Shown here one piece after another: positions 8,404-17,592 of a stretch of 64,000 bases of DNA. This DNA comes from Candidatus Poribacteria bacterium (GTDB lineage: Bacteria > Poribacteria > WGA-4E > PCPOR2b). The stretch covers positions 1,312,001 to 1,376,000 of the forward strand of contig OZ220744.1 in the NCBI GenBank assembly GCA_965116925.1, given 5' to 3'. The position numbers and the translations under genes were made by a program. Position 1 is the first letter of the stretch. Every line of letters begins with the position of its first letter. Under the pieces are notes generated by a model. It searched no databases. It had not been told where the DNA came from and was given only the letters and a program-made list of their open reading frames with translations.

Positions 8404-10167
8404 TCATACCACTTCGCCGATGTCAAACTCATCCTCTTGTGTGAGCCGCACAATTTCCTCGATGGTTGTGTAGCCAGCGACCACTTTTCGCCAACCATCC
8501 TCCCGCAACGTTTTCATCCCCAGTCGCATTGCAGCACGTTTCAGTTGGCTAGCAGACGCGCTTTGAATGGTCATCTCGCGCAATTCCTCACTCATCAGGA
8601 TGACCTCAAAGAGGCCAATGCGTCCCTTATAACCACGACCTCGACACTCTTTGCAACCGACCGCACGAGGGATTAGCAGATCCGAAGTAATTATCCCAGC
8701 TTGACTGCCGAGCAAATCTTGGACACGCTCCGGTTCCGGCATATACATCTCATAGCAATGCGGACAAACCCGACGCGCAAGCCGTTGGGCAATAATCCCC
8801 TCTAGCGTTGAAGCAACTAAATACGGCTCTACCCCCATATCTACCAAGCGAGTAATCGCACTGGACGCGTCGTTTGTGTGTAGTGAGCTAAAGACAAGGT
8901 GCCCTGTCAAAGAGGTATGGATCCCCATCTCTGCTGTTTCATAGTCTCGGATTTCACCGACTAGCACTTTATCCGGGTCTTGACGGAGGATGTGTCTCAA
9001 CCCCGCTGCGAAGGTCACATTTATGTCTGGGTTCACCTGAATCTGGTTTATCCCTTCCAATTCATACTCAACCGGATCTTCTATCGTGATAATCTTGACC
9101 TCCGGGGTATTGATCTCCTTCAAACAGGCATACAGTGTTGTCGTTTTGCCGCTGCCCGTTGGTCCCGTTGCCAAGATAATACCGTGCGGTTTCTGAATCA
9201 TACGGAAAAACTGATCTAGATTATCCTCCAACAAGCCGAGCTGCTCTAAACCGAATGAGATGGATTGCCTGTCAAGGATTCGCAGGACGACACTTTCGCC
9301 ATGCACTGTGGGCACGGTCGAAACACGCAAGTCGATCTGGCGGTTGCCAACGCTCTGAACGGTCACGCCGATCTTTCCGTCTAAGGGACGACGCCGTTCC
9401 GCCACGTTCATACTTGCCATGATCTTGATTCGGGAGGTAATTGCAGATTGGAGATGGGGAGGTGGGTTGGGCTGGTCTTCTAAAACACCGTCAATGCGGT
9501 AACGAATTTTGAGCTCTCCGGGGAAGGGTTCTATATGAATATCACTGGCACCGAGACGAACCGCGTCAATAATAATCTGATCTACGGCATTGATAACCGT
9601 CGGATCTTGGCTCAAGTCCTGCTCGCTGATGCCGAAATCGTCGATCGTTTCGCGTTCAAGCGTGGCGACAGCGCCAACGGGGCCCTTGATTCCTTCGCTG
9701 AGTATGGCGGCGGCGGTCTTGCCGTAGGCACGGATAATGGCTGCTTCGATGTCCCCTTCGTCCGCGAGCACCGGTTCAATTTCGCATTCCGTAACCAACC
9801 GCATCTCATCAATCAATCGAACATCCAACGCATCCGCCATTGCGACCGTAAGTATTCCTTCACTCAGGCGAATTGGCAGGACCTTGTTCCGGTAAGCGAA
9901 ACTCGCTGAAACACGCTCAGTGACTTCATTCTCCGGAGTAACATCTTCAAGCAGAGTGCACGGTACACCGTACTCAAGGGCCTGTTTGGCGAGCGCAAGA
10001 GACTTGGCGTCCACAAACTTTGAGAGTGCTTGGGTATGGGTAACACCTGTTGTTTCGACTTCCTCAAGAACCTGCTGATGTTCATCTTCGGAGATTATAT
10101 CTGAATCCAGCATCAGTTGTACTAATGATTTCCCCACCGCATTGTGCATTGTTTGATACCCCTTCAT
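8404..10167 (-). CDS. gspE: GspE/PilB assembly ATPase
   Basis: ASDIHIEP, Walker A GPTGSGKTT, EDPVE, LRQDPD..GEIRD, His box, CPHC..CKEC. Confidence 0.95.
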   Translation of the reverse strand: MKGYQTMHNAVGKSLVQLMLDSDIISEDEHQQVLEEVETTGVTHTQALSKFVDAKSLALAKQALEYGVPCTLLEDVTPENEVTERVSASFAYRNKVLPIRLSEGILTVAMADALDVRLIDEMRLVTECEIEPVLADEGDIEAAIIRAYGKTAAAILSEGIKGPVGAVATLERETIDDFGISEQDLSQDPTVINAVDQIIIDAVRLGASDIHIEPFPGELKIRYRIDGVLEDQPNPPPHLQSAITSRIKIMASMNVAERRRPLDGKIGVTVQSVGNRQIDLRVSTVPTVHGESVVLRILDRQSISFGLEQLGLLEDNLDQFFRMIQKPHGIILATGPTGSGKTTTLYACLKEINTPEVKIITIEDPVEYELEGINQIQVNPDINVTFAAGLRHILRQDPDKVLVGEIRDYETAEMGIHTSLTGHLVFSSLHTNDASSAITRLVDMGVEPYLVASTLEGIIAQRLARRVCPHCYEMYMPEPERVQDLLGSQAGIITSDLLIPRAVGCKECRGRGYKGRIGLFEVILMSEELREMTIQSASASQLKRAAMRLGMKTLREDGWRKVVAGYTTIEEIVRLTQEDEFDIGEVV

Positions 10168-10294
10168 CCTCCCAGCTTTCTACTGGAAAGTTGTTGTGTG
10201 CATAGGTAGACGCAGAGGGGTGGGTGAGGTTTAGAGATCTAATGACTATAAGCCTCTCTTAATACAATCGTAATAAAAATTCAATTTTTCTGGT

Positions 10295-10984
10295 TCAATT
10301 CTCCGACTCCAAAAACTTCGTGAGTTCCTGAAGGGTTGTAAGTCGAACATCGACGATTGACGCATCGGGACACGCCTTGTCTTCCGCACCGACTAGCCAA
10401 GCAGTCCACATCCCCACCCCCTTTGCGCCAACCACGTCGTCGGAATATGTATCTCCGACATAGATTGCCTCTTCAGGGGAGGTACTTATTCCTGTCAATG
10501 CCGCGTGGAATATGCCCGCCTCCGGTTTCGATACGCCAACAACGGTTGAATCGACTACTATATCAAGTAAGGGTGAGAGGTTATACTCGTCACACCACCC
10601 TCGTGTGTTTCCGAAATTGTTGCTGATAACGCCGAGCCGGTATTGTTCTCGAAGGGGTGCGAGCCATCCCCGGTTTCGGTCAAGGTGTTCCTTCGCACCT
10701 TCGCAGAAAAAGTCAACATACCGGTCTTTGACCTGTGGATCTAAACCGAGGGCTTCGTAAATGCCGGTAGCGATGACATCCATCGTTTCGCGCAGTGAGA
10801 GTTGGGGACCGCTCCCACCTTTAATAAGTTTGTCAACAGCGGCACGATCCACCCGATCAAACGTTTCCCGGTCAACTTCTGGATACGCCTGCTGGAGGAA
10901 GCGGTATGTTCGATCTCGCCAATGGACGCCATTGCCATCAAGTGTGCCGCCAAAATCGAACAACAAGGCACGAATTTTCGTCAT
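10295..10984 (-). CDS. HAD-superfamily hydrolase
   Basis: LFDFGGTL, ISN, KP, VGD..DD..GA motifs. Confidence 0.85.
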   Translation of the reverse strand: MTKIRALLFDFGGTLDGNGVHWRDRTYRFLQQAYPEVDRETFDRVDRAAVDKLIKGGSGPQLSLRETMDVIATGIYEALGLDPQVKDRYVDFFCEGAKEHLDRNRGWLAPLREQYRLGVISNNFGNTRGWCDEYNLSPLLDIVVDSTVVGVSKPEAGIFHAALTGISTSPEEAIYVGDTYSDDVVGAKGVGMWTAWLVGAEDKACPDASIVDVRLTTLQELTKFLESEN

Positions 10985-11096
10985 TGCTCAAAACCTCATA
11001 GTAATAGGCATACTCCGTATGCCGTAACCTCTATTGACTTAACGCAAATTACTAGGGCATGTTAGCAGTTTGTTATCCCCAAGCGAGCTACTAAAA

Positions 11097-11168
11097 GTAG
11101 GTCGAGATTCACATCTCGACAAAATGCTGTGAGTTATCGTGGGTACAGGTTTCCTAACCTGTACACGC
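11097..11168. repeat. Two GTAG/GTGG-headed REP-like hairpins
   Basis: GTAGGTCGAGATTCACATCTCGAC and GTGGGTACAGGTTTCCTAACCTGTACAC. Confidence 0.55.
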
Positions 11169-11204
11169 TTATGGAACCCTGAATCCACGCTTCACGCATC
11201 AGTC

Positions 11205-12839
11205 TCATCCTCTACGCAGAGGATCCGTCTGCAGCCAACCGATCATACCAATAATCTCATCCTGCCGATCTTCCATTGATACTTCGATAAGAGCAGGTCG
11301 GTCTGCGGCGAGTGCGTCTTGTAGTACGCCCTTGAAGTCTGCTAGTTCATCAACCCGCACAGCATAAGCCCCGAAGGATTTGGCAAACTGAATGAAATCC
11401 GGGTTGCTCAAGTCGGTATCAATGGTACGTCCATTACAGCCCTTCTGCTGCGATCCTTTGATCGCGCTCAATGCGCCATCGTTCACAACGATCGTTACAA
11501 CGTTGATACCGTACATCATCGCGGTAGCTAATTCAGGGGAGCCCATCATGAATCCGCCATCTCCACTGAAGCACACAACTGGCTTGTCCGGATTCGCGAC
11601 CTTTGCACCGAGTGCCGCAGGGAAAGCATATCCGAGCGCAACACCGATATTCGGATAGAGAAAGGTTTTCGGATCTAACACCGGATACTCAGCGAACGAA
11701 GCATAGCCAATGCCATGAACATCAACCGAGAGGATTCCATCATCTGGAAGCACCTCTCGTATCTCCGGCAACAGGGGTAGGGGTGGTTGAGCAGCAAATC
11801 TTTCCCGAATTCGCTCCAACGGCTGCGTCCATGAATCTTTGCTTCCATCGACTTCTTCAATCAACGCTTGCAGAGTCAATTTAAGATCGCCGACTACACC
11901 AAAATCACACGGATACTCTCTCCCAATTTCCCCTTCGTCCTCATCCAGCTGAATCAGTGGACGTGGCGGTTGGAGACTCCAAGTCCGTGTATCAATTGAT
12001 GTGAAACGGGGACCGATGGCAAGCGTACAATCCGCAATCTGCATCGCCTGATAACCCGGATAACCGTAAACAATCTGCAACGCGAGTGGATGATCTTCGG
12101 GCAAAGCACCCTTTGCACATCGCGCCACAACAACCGGAGCGTTGAGCTTCTCAGCGAGTTGCTGCAACTCCTCACGGGCATCAGAATGAATGACCGCCGA
12201 TCCCGCAAACAGGACCGGTCTCTCTGCTATTCTGAGAGCCTCTGCTGCAGATTGGAGGTCAGCAGAATTAGGGACAGCAGCCGGCTGTCTTTCGACGCGC
12301 GGCGGGATGGAAACTTCTCCCTCCCCGGTAACCACATCCATCGGAAATTCCAACACGACAGGTCCGGGCCGTCCCGACCGCATAGCGCGGAACGCGTTTT
12401 CGACAACTTTGGGTATATCTTCTATCGTCTGCGCGATTGCACAATACTTCGTGACCGATTCAAAGAAACTCATCTGATCCAAGCCGTGAAACATCTTGCT
12501 CGGATCTCGTGCGTAAAATTCGGAGTCGCTTTGCCCAGTGATTAGCAACACAGGCACACAATCTGTGAATGCCTCCAAAATCCCTGTCGATGCGTTGCTC
12601 GCACCGGGTCCCGGAACCGTCAGCGCGACACCGACCTCCCCGGTAGAACGCGCGTAGCCATCCGCCATCTGCGTCGAAGCATATTCATGGCGGACGAGAT
12701 AATGATCAATAGCACCTACTCCACGACGAAGAAGCGAGTCGTAAATCTGTATGTTCTGTGTTCCAGGCATACCAAAAACGCAACGTACCCCTTGTTCTTT
12801 CAAACACTCAATAAGAATATCTCCACCTTGCATAGGCAT
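11205..12839 (-). CDS. Thiamine diphosphate-dependent enzyme (acetolactate synthase large subunit-like)
   Basis: RHE..ADGYAR, GPGASN, GRPGPV, GDGGF..N ThDP-binding motif. Confidence 0.9.
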   Translation of the reverse strand: MPMQGGDILIECLKEQGVRCVFGMPGTQNIQIYDSLLRRGVGAIDHYLVRHEYASTQMADGYARSTGEVGVALTVPGPGASNASTGILEAFTDCVPVLLITGQSDSEFYARDPSKMFHGLDQMSFFESVTKYCAIAQTIEDIPKVVENAFRAMRSGRPGPVVLEFPMDVVTGEGEVSIPPRVERQPAAVPNSADLQSAAEALRIAERPVLFAGSAVIHSDAREELQQLAEKLNAPVVVARCAKGALPEDHPLALQIVYGYPGYQAMQIADCTLAIGPRFTSIDTRTWSLQPPRPLIQLDEDEGEIGREYPCDFGVVGDLKLTLQALIEEVDGSKDSWTQPLERIRERFAAQPPLPLLPEIREVLPDDGILSVDVHGIGYASFAEYPVLDPKTFLYPNIGVALGYAFPAALGAKVANPDKPVVCFSGDGGFMMGSPELATAMMYGINVVTIVVNDGALSAIKGSQQKGCNGRTIDTDLSNPDFIQFAKSFGAYAVRVDELADFKGVLQDALAADRPALIEVSMEDRQDEIIGMIGWLQTDPLRRG

Positions 12840-12885
12840 ATTCTCCTTATGTTAATCCAAGTTGCCAGCCAATAAACTATAGTGA

Positions 12886-13023
12886 TAGGAGTTACGCACT
12901 TCAGTTTGTAGTAGCGCAATTCATTGCGCGTTCTTCCCTCCCCTTGCTTGCGGGGGATAGAGGGGGGACGGGCGATGAATCACCGAACTACAAGGCTTTG
13001 ACCATTCAGCTGCGTAAGTCCTA
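12886..13023. mobile_element. MITE family B (TAGGA(C/G)TTACGCA...TGCGTAAGTCCTA, 5-bp TSD)
   Basis: 13-bp TIR with one mismatch; AGTGA on both sides (12881-12885 and 13024-13028). Confidence 0.85.
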
Positions 13024-13053
13024 AGTGAATTCAAAAAATAAATAGACATTGTT

Positions 13054-13212
13054 TGGTAGGCGCTGTTTCCAACTGCGCCGATTTGGAGTGTCTCACACTT
13101 TCGCTCCTCATCTGGTAGGCGCTGTTTCCAACTGCGCCGATTTGGAGTGTCTCACACTTTCGCTCCTCATCTGGTAGGCGCTGTTTCCAACTGCGCCGAT
13201 TTGGAGTGTCTC
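13054..13212 (+). repeat. 59-bp tandem repeat, about 2.7 copies
   Basis: Unit TGGTAGGCGCTGTTTCCAACTGCGCCGATTTGGAGTGTCTCACACTTTCGCTCCTCATC starting at 13054, 13113 and 13172. Confidence 0.95.
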
Positions 13213-13784
13213 GTTAATTCTAAAATCTACTATAAGCACAAGGAACCGGTGCAATAGTCAGGAATTAAAATTCCCTCCTACAAAAAACGGACTGTAGGGG
13301 GCGTACCCTCCGAATCGCGACTAGCTTGACCTGTTTTCACGTTTTACGTTTCACGCTTCACTTTTAATGATGACTTCAAGAATTGCTATTATAACCTATC
13401 TTTGAAAAGAAATCTATGCTTTCGTTAGGGGCATTTAGTTTTTGGTTTTTGACTGATTTTGGAATGACTCGAACCCGGTAGGCGGGGCATCTGGTCTCCC
13501 CGCCGTTTGTCGTAGCGCGTTCATTGTGCTTTCTTTTACCAGTTGAACGTCAGCGAAATCTGCGGCCCTATCCGCTCTCAGAACTGAGGTACGTGTTTAA
13601 CTGCGTTCATGTAGTCAAGGGGCGATCGGCATGAACTAACTCAATAAGGTTACGGAATTCCGTGACTATTTCAAATTTAGAATTGACCGATTGATTCGCA
13701 AACTTTGTTTAATCCCAGTATTGATGCGGGATGAAGCGGAAAAAGGTTACGGGCTTTGCAGACAGCCATCTGTCAGATTTTTTG

Positions 13785-13813
13785 TTGCAAATAATCTCGA
13801 TCTGATATATAAT
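13785..13813 (+). promoter_or_regulatory. Sigma70-type promoter of the nuo operon
   Basis: TTGCAA-17 bp-TATAAT. Confidence 0.7.
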
Positions 13814-13893
13814 AAATATGCTTTGGGTGTAGGTGCTATTATTGTGTGGTTACATTGATTGCACGGTTTGGCACGTTTTTTTTAGCCTTCAGT

Positions 13894-13911
13894 TTGTGAG
13901 AAATTTCACAA
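13894..13911. promoter_or_regulatory. Palindromic operator, Rex-like (also fits CRP-type TGTGA-N6-TCACA)
   Basis: TTGTGAGAAATTTCACAA against the Rex consensus TTGTGAA-N4-TTCACAA, one mismatch; lies between the promoter and nuoA. Confidence 0.65.
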
Positions 13912-13973
13912 CCCCCTCGAAAGGATGAGGCAAATTTTCGACTTAACTATAAAGATACAATAGAATTTGCCCT

Positions 13974-14375
13974 GTGGAACAAATGCTTTTTAATTTCGCG
14001 AATGTATTGCTTTTTCTAGTTGTTGGGTGTCTGTTTGTCACACTTAATCTCGTCATGTCTCGCCTGCTCCAGACCCGACTTTTCACCGACGAAAAGTATA
14101 TGCCCTACGAGTGCGGTGAGGATCCTATTGGTGATACTCGCATTAAGTTTAATGCCCGGTTCTATGTCATTGCACTTATTTTCTTAATCTTTGATGTCGA
14201 GATTGTATTTCTATTTCCATGGGGCGTTGTTTTCCGTGAGATCGGGCTGCTCGCATTTGTCGAAATGCTGATTTTCATCTTTATACTGTTGGTCGGTCTC
14301 GCCTATGTGTGGGTAAAAGGGGACCTCCAATGGATCCGCTCGATTCAGTCTGTAAGGGAGGAAGTTGAACAATGA
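13974..14375 (+). CDS. nuoA: NADH-quinone oxidoreductase subunit A
   Basis: YECG, FLIFDVE, KGDLQW. Confidence 0.96.
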   Translation: MEQMLFNFANVLLFLVVGCLFVTLNLVMSRLLQTRLFTDEKYMPYECGEDPIGDTRIKFNARFYVIALIFLIFDVEIVFLFPWGVVFREIGLLAFVEMLIFIFILLVGLAYVWVKGDLQWIRSIQSVREEVEQ

Positions 14376-14974
14376 TAATCGAGGAGAAGCTGGACAAGAA
14401 CATCATCGTTACCTCTATTGATGCTGTTGCCAATTGGGCGCGCGCATCCTCTTTATGGCCCATGACCTTTGGGCTCGCTTGCTGTGCCATTGAGTTCATG
14501 GCAACCGCTGCCTCAAATTATGATTTAGACCGCTTTGGTGCGGGAGTGCCACGCGCAACACCCCGTCAATCCGATCTGATCATTGTTTCGGGGACAGTCA
14601 CGCTAAAAATGGCGACCCGGATTAAACGGCTCTATGAACAGATGCCCGAACCGAAATATGTCATCTCTATGGGAAGTTGTGCCACGAGCGGTGGTCCCTA
14701 CTGGCAGCACGGTTATCACGTCCTTAAGGGCGTAGACCGAATTATTCCCGTTGATGTCTACGTTCCCGGTTGTCCGCCACGTCCAGAGGCTGTGCTTGAA
14801 GGCTTGATGAAGTTGCAGGAAAAAATTAAAACGCAGACGGTTGCAAAACGAACAAGTGTGCCTTTCCTGAAGAAACTCTTCACCAAGACAGACTTGGACA
14901 ATAATGCAGAGGCGATGGCTGAAGCCCAAGCAGCACAGGCAGAACACGAAGAAGAGGAAGAAGCCGCCGGTTAA
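14372..14974 (+). CDS. nuoB: NADH-quinone oxidoreductase subunit B
   Basis: [23 protein letters not shown]. Confidence 0.97.
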   Translation: MIIEEKLDKNIIVTSIDAVANWARASSLWPMTFGLACCAIEFMATAASNYDLDRFGAGVPRATPRQSDLIIVSGTVTLKMATRIKRLYEQMPEPKYVISMGSCATSGGPYWQHGYHVLKGVDRIIPVDVYVPGCPPRPEAVLEGLMKLQEKIKTQTVAKRTSVPFLKKLFTKTDLDNNAEAMAEAQAAQAEHEEEEEAAG

Positions 14975-14982
14975 ATGTAGAA

Positions 14983-15393
14983 GGCTCATGTTAAGAAATC
15001 GTGCAATAGAAACCGATTCATGGTGACTTCTGCAAAACATACGCCAGAATTTAGACCTGTCAGTGCCCTGCCAAATCCCTGCCATTCGGCTTGGTTATGG
15101 TGCCATTTGAGTGAAAAACGGTTCATAAATACCGCGTATTTGGCAGGTCAAAAAGCCGTCTGGGCGCACCTTCTGTTGCGTGGTACAAATTTACAAACGC
15201 CCTGAAGCTAGGCCCCATCGGGGTTCAAAGAGACATCCGCCAAAGATGAACCCCCGATATGAGGTTGAATTTTTTTTGGACCTGCCAGTGCCCTGCCAAA
15301 TTGCCGAATCGTGTCGGTGGCGCATTGAAACGAAGGTGTAGGTTCCGTGTAGCGGCAGGGGTTGGATTTTACCGTTCAACTGCGTAAGTCCTA
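14983..15393. repeat. Composite repeat region: family A left end, a 23-bp direct repeat, hairpins, family B right end
   Basis: GGCTCATGTTAAGAAATCGTGCAA at 14983; GACCTG(T/C)CAGTGCCCTGCCAAAT at 15054 and 15279; TGCGTAAGTCCTA at 15381-15393. Confidence 0.6.
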
Positions 15394-15394
15394 T

Positions 15395-15532
15395 TATAGT
15401 AAACACGAGAAATAAGGATACATTTACTAATAATTTCAACCGGCGCGCAATCTTCAAAGTCCCCCTGATAAGGGGGATTTAGGGGATTGGTTGTGTGTCG
15501 AGAGTGTCTCATTAATTCTAAAATCTACTATA
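15395..15532. mobile_element. MITE family C variant with a CCCCCCTGATAAGGGGG hairpin cargo
   Basis: TATAGT...TTAATTCTAAAATCTACTATA ends. Confidence 0.7.
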
Positions 15533-15538
15533 GTTGAT

Positions 15539-15646
15539 TATAGTGAATTCAAAAAATAAAGAAACACTTGCGCCCCCCATGTTTGGTAGGCGCTGTTTTC
15601 AACTGCGCCGATTTGGAATGTCTCATTAATTCTAAAATCTACTATA
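15539..15646. mobile_element. MITE family C
   Basis: Near-identical to 24024-24131. Confidence 0.85.
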
Positions 15647-15745
15647 GTTGATTAAATGAACCTAATGAACTAAAACAGGTTCAAATTTTAAGAAGGGGGA
15701 ATTGCAACGCTGTTGCTAGTTATCCAAAAGCGTTGATACTTTTCC

Positions 15746-16231
15746 GTGACACCACAAGAAATTTACGAAAACCTAAAAGATAAATTTGGAGAATCAATCG
15801 TCTCGTTTGAAGAAGACATTGCGGATCCCTTCATTATCATTGCCACCGAGTCGATTGCCGATGTCGCACAATACCTCACCGAAGATGAGGGATTGGCTTT
15901 CGATTTCTTGATGTGTTTGAGCGGAGTAGATCTCGGCGCGAAAGATCCCAACTATTACGTCGTATACCACCTATCCTCAATGACCCACCGACACAAGTTG
16001 GTCCTGAAAGTTGTCCTCCCCAAAGAAGATGACCCCCACGTTCCCACCGTTGAGCATATCTGGCGAACCGCCAACTGGCACGAGCGGGAGACATACGATC
16101 TGTTCGGGGTAATCTTTGATGGTCACAGTGATTTGCGACGAATCCTACTTCCAGACGATTGGGAAGGCTACCCGATGCGTAAGGACTATACAGAGCCTGA
16201 GTTCTATCGCGGGATGCGAGTGCCTTATTAA
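15746..16231 (+). CDS. nuoC: NADH-quinone oxidoreductase subunit C
   Basis: ANWHERETYDLFG..FDGH.DLRRILLP..WEGYPMRKDY. Confidence 0.96.
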   Translation: MTPQEIYENLKDKFGESIVSFEEDIADPFIIIATESIADVAQYLTEDEGLAFDFLMCLSGVDLGAKDPNYYVVYHLSSMTHRHKLVLKVVLPKEDDPHVPTVEHIWRTANWHERETYDLFGVIFDGHSDLRRILLPDDWEGYPMRKDYTEPEFYRGMRVPY

Positions 16232-16251
16232 TATTGCAGAGGAAATCCATC

Positions 16252-17430
16252 ATGGCAGCACCACAACAAGACAGCAAATTTATTGAACTAAAGCCATTTA
16301 CAGATGAGATGGTTGTTAGCATGGGACCGCAGCACCCAAGCACCCATGGCGTACTAAGGCTTGAGTTGAAACTGGACGGAGAAATCGTCCGGGATGCAAT
16401 CCCACATATCGGGTATCTACACCGCTGCTTTGAAAAACATTCCGAGAATCTGAATTATCAACAAATTATCCCGTTTACCGACCGGATGGATTATATCGCA
16501 GCGATGAATATGAACTGGGGATTTTGTCTGGCGGTTGAGGAACTAATGATGGCGGATGAGAAGAAATTTCCCGGCGTTCCTGAACGGGGAGAATACCTGC
16601 GTATCCTCATCGGTGAGCTGAATCGAATCGGGAGCCATCTTCTGTCTTTTGGCACCTACGGCATGGACATCGGTGCTTTTACCCCGTTCCTTTACGCCTT
16701 TAGGGATCGCGAGAAAATCCTCCTGCTTTTTGAAAAGATTTGCGGCGCGCGATTGACGTACAATTATATCCGCGTCGGTGGCGTTTCAAGGGATACACCC
16801 CCCGGATTTATGGATGAAGTTAAGGAATTTATCGATTATTTTGAGCCGCAGATCGATGTGTACAACTCACTACTCACCGCCAACCGCATCTTCATTGAGC
16901 GTACCGCAGATGTCGCTGTAATGGATGCGGACATGGCGATTAACTACGGCATTACGGGCCCCAATCTCCGCGGAGCGGGGTTACAATGGGATCTGCGCAA
17001 AGATGAGCCATACTCCATCTATGACCGATTTGACTTTGATGTTCCAGTAGGCAGAGACATCCCCGAACTTGGCGTAGTCGCCGGCGATTGCTGGAATCGT
17101 TATAAAGTCCGGATGGATGAGATGAAAGAATCGGTACGGATCATCCGGCAGATTCTTGATTCCGGCCTGCCCGATGGTCCCGTTCAGGCGGAGTTGAAAG
17201 CGGTGCGTCCCCCCAAAGGCGAAATCTTTCACCGAAGCGAAGCCCCCCGCGGTGAACTAGGATTTTATATTGTGAGCGATGGGACACCGAAGCCGGTGCG
17301 AGTAAAAGCCAAATCCCCCTGCTTCACGGCGTTGAGTGCGTTACAAGAGTTGAGTCGCGGATTGATGGTCGCGGATATTATCGCCATCATTGGGAGCATT
17401 GATATTGTCATGGGAGAGGTCGATCGCTAG
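16252..17430 (+). CDS. nuoD: NADH-quinone oxidoreductase subunit D
   Basis: GPQHPSTHGVLRL, GYLHRCFEK, DRMDY, C-terminal GEVDR, no NiFe CxxC motifs; ATG 16252 follows GAGG. Confidence 0.97.
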   Translation: MAAPQQDSKFIELKPFTDEMVVSMGPQHPSTHGVLRLELKLDGEIVRDAIPHIGYLHRCFEKHSENLNYQQIIPFTDRMDYIAAMNMNWGFCLAVEELMMADEKKFPGVPERGEYLRILIGELNRIGSHLLSFGTYGMDIGAFTPFLYAFRDREKILLLFEKICGARLTYNYIRVGGVSRDTPPGFMDEVKEFIDYFEPQIDVYNSLLTANRIFIERTADVAVMDADMAINYGITGPNLRGAGLQWDLRKDEPYSIYDRFDFDVPVGRDIPELGVVAGDCWNRYKVRMDEMKESVRIIRQILDSGLPDGPVQAELKAVRPPKGEIFHRSEAPRGELGFYIVSDGTPKPVRVKAKSPCFTALSALQELSRGLMVADIIAIIGSIDIVMGEVDR

Positions 17431-17440
17431 ATTCGATGTT

Positions 17441-17532
17441 GGCTCATGTAAAAACGGAGTGTAAAGCGCGAAGAGAAACCGAGTTTTTTCTTGAAAACTC
17501 GGTTTCTGTTGCACTATTTCTTAGCATGAGCC
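17441..17532. mobile_element. MITE family A
   Basis: GGCTCATG...CATGAGCC; flanks TCGATGTT/CCGATGTT (7/8); internal AAACCGAGTTTT..AAAACTCGGTTT hairpin. Confidence 0.85.
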
Positions 17533-17548
17533 CCGATGTTTATCTTCG

Positions 17549-17579
17549 CGAATCACGTTTCACGAATCACGTTTCACGT
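17549..17579 (+). repeat. Heptamer tandem repeat (TTTCACG/AATCACG)
   Basis: GAATCACGTTTCACGAATCACGTTTCACG; similar runs near 8385, 11185, 13336, 20796 and 42733. Confidence 0.75.
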
Positions 17580-17592
17580 ATAAGGAGTTTGA

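Larger units (their letters stand above)
12878..13234. mobile_element. MITE family C (TATAGTGAATTC...AATCTACTATA) interrupted by a family B element and carrying an internal 59-bp tandem amplification
   Basis: Ends match the copies at 15539 and 24024 once the nested element and one AGTGA are removed. Confidence 0.8.

Noticed and set aside
13054..13212. Possible CRISPR mini-array
   Set aside because: The intervening segments are identical, there are no cas genes, and the unit is the interior of a dispersed MITE
13869..13888. Sigma54 site TGGCACG upstream of nuoA
   Set aside because: GG to GC spacing is 13 rather than 10
15020..15457. Short ORFs in the nuoB-nuoC gap (61 aa plus strand, 88 aa minus strand)
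   Set aside because: They span repeat sequence and have no RBS or recognisable motifs
16252..17430. Group 4 NiFe hydrogenase large subunit
   Set aside because: It lacks the CxxC metal ligands and has the NuoD quinone-site motifs
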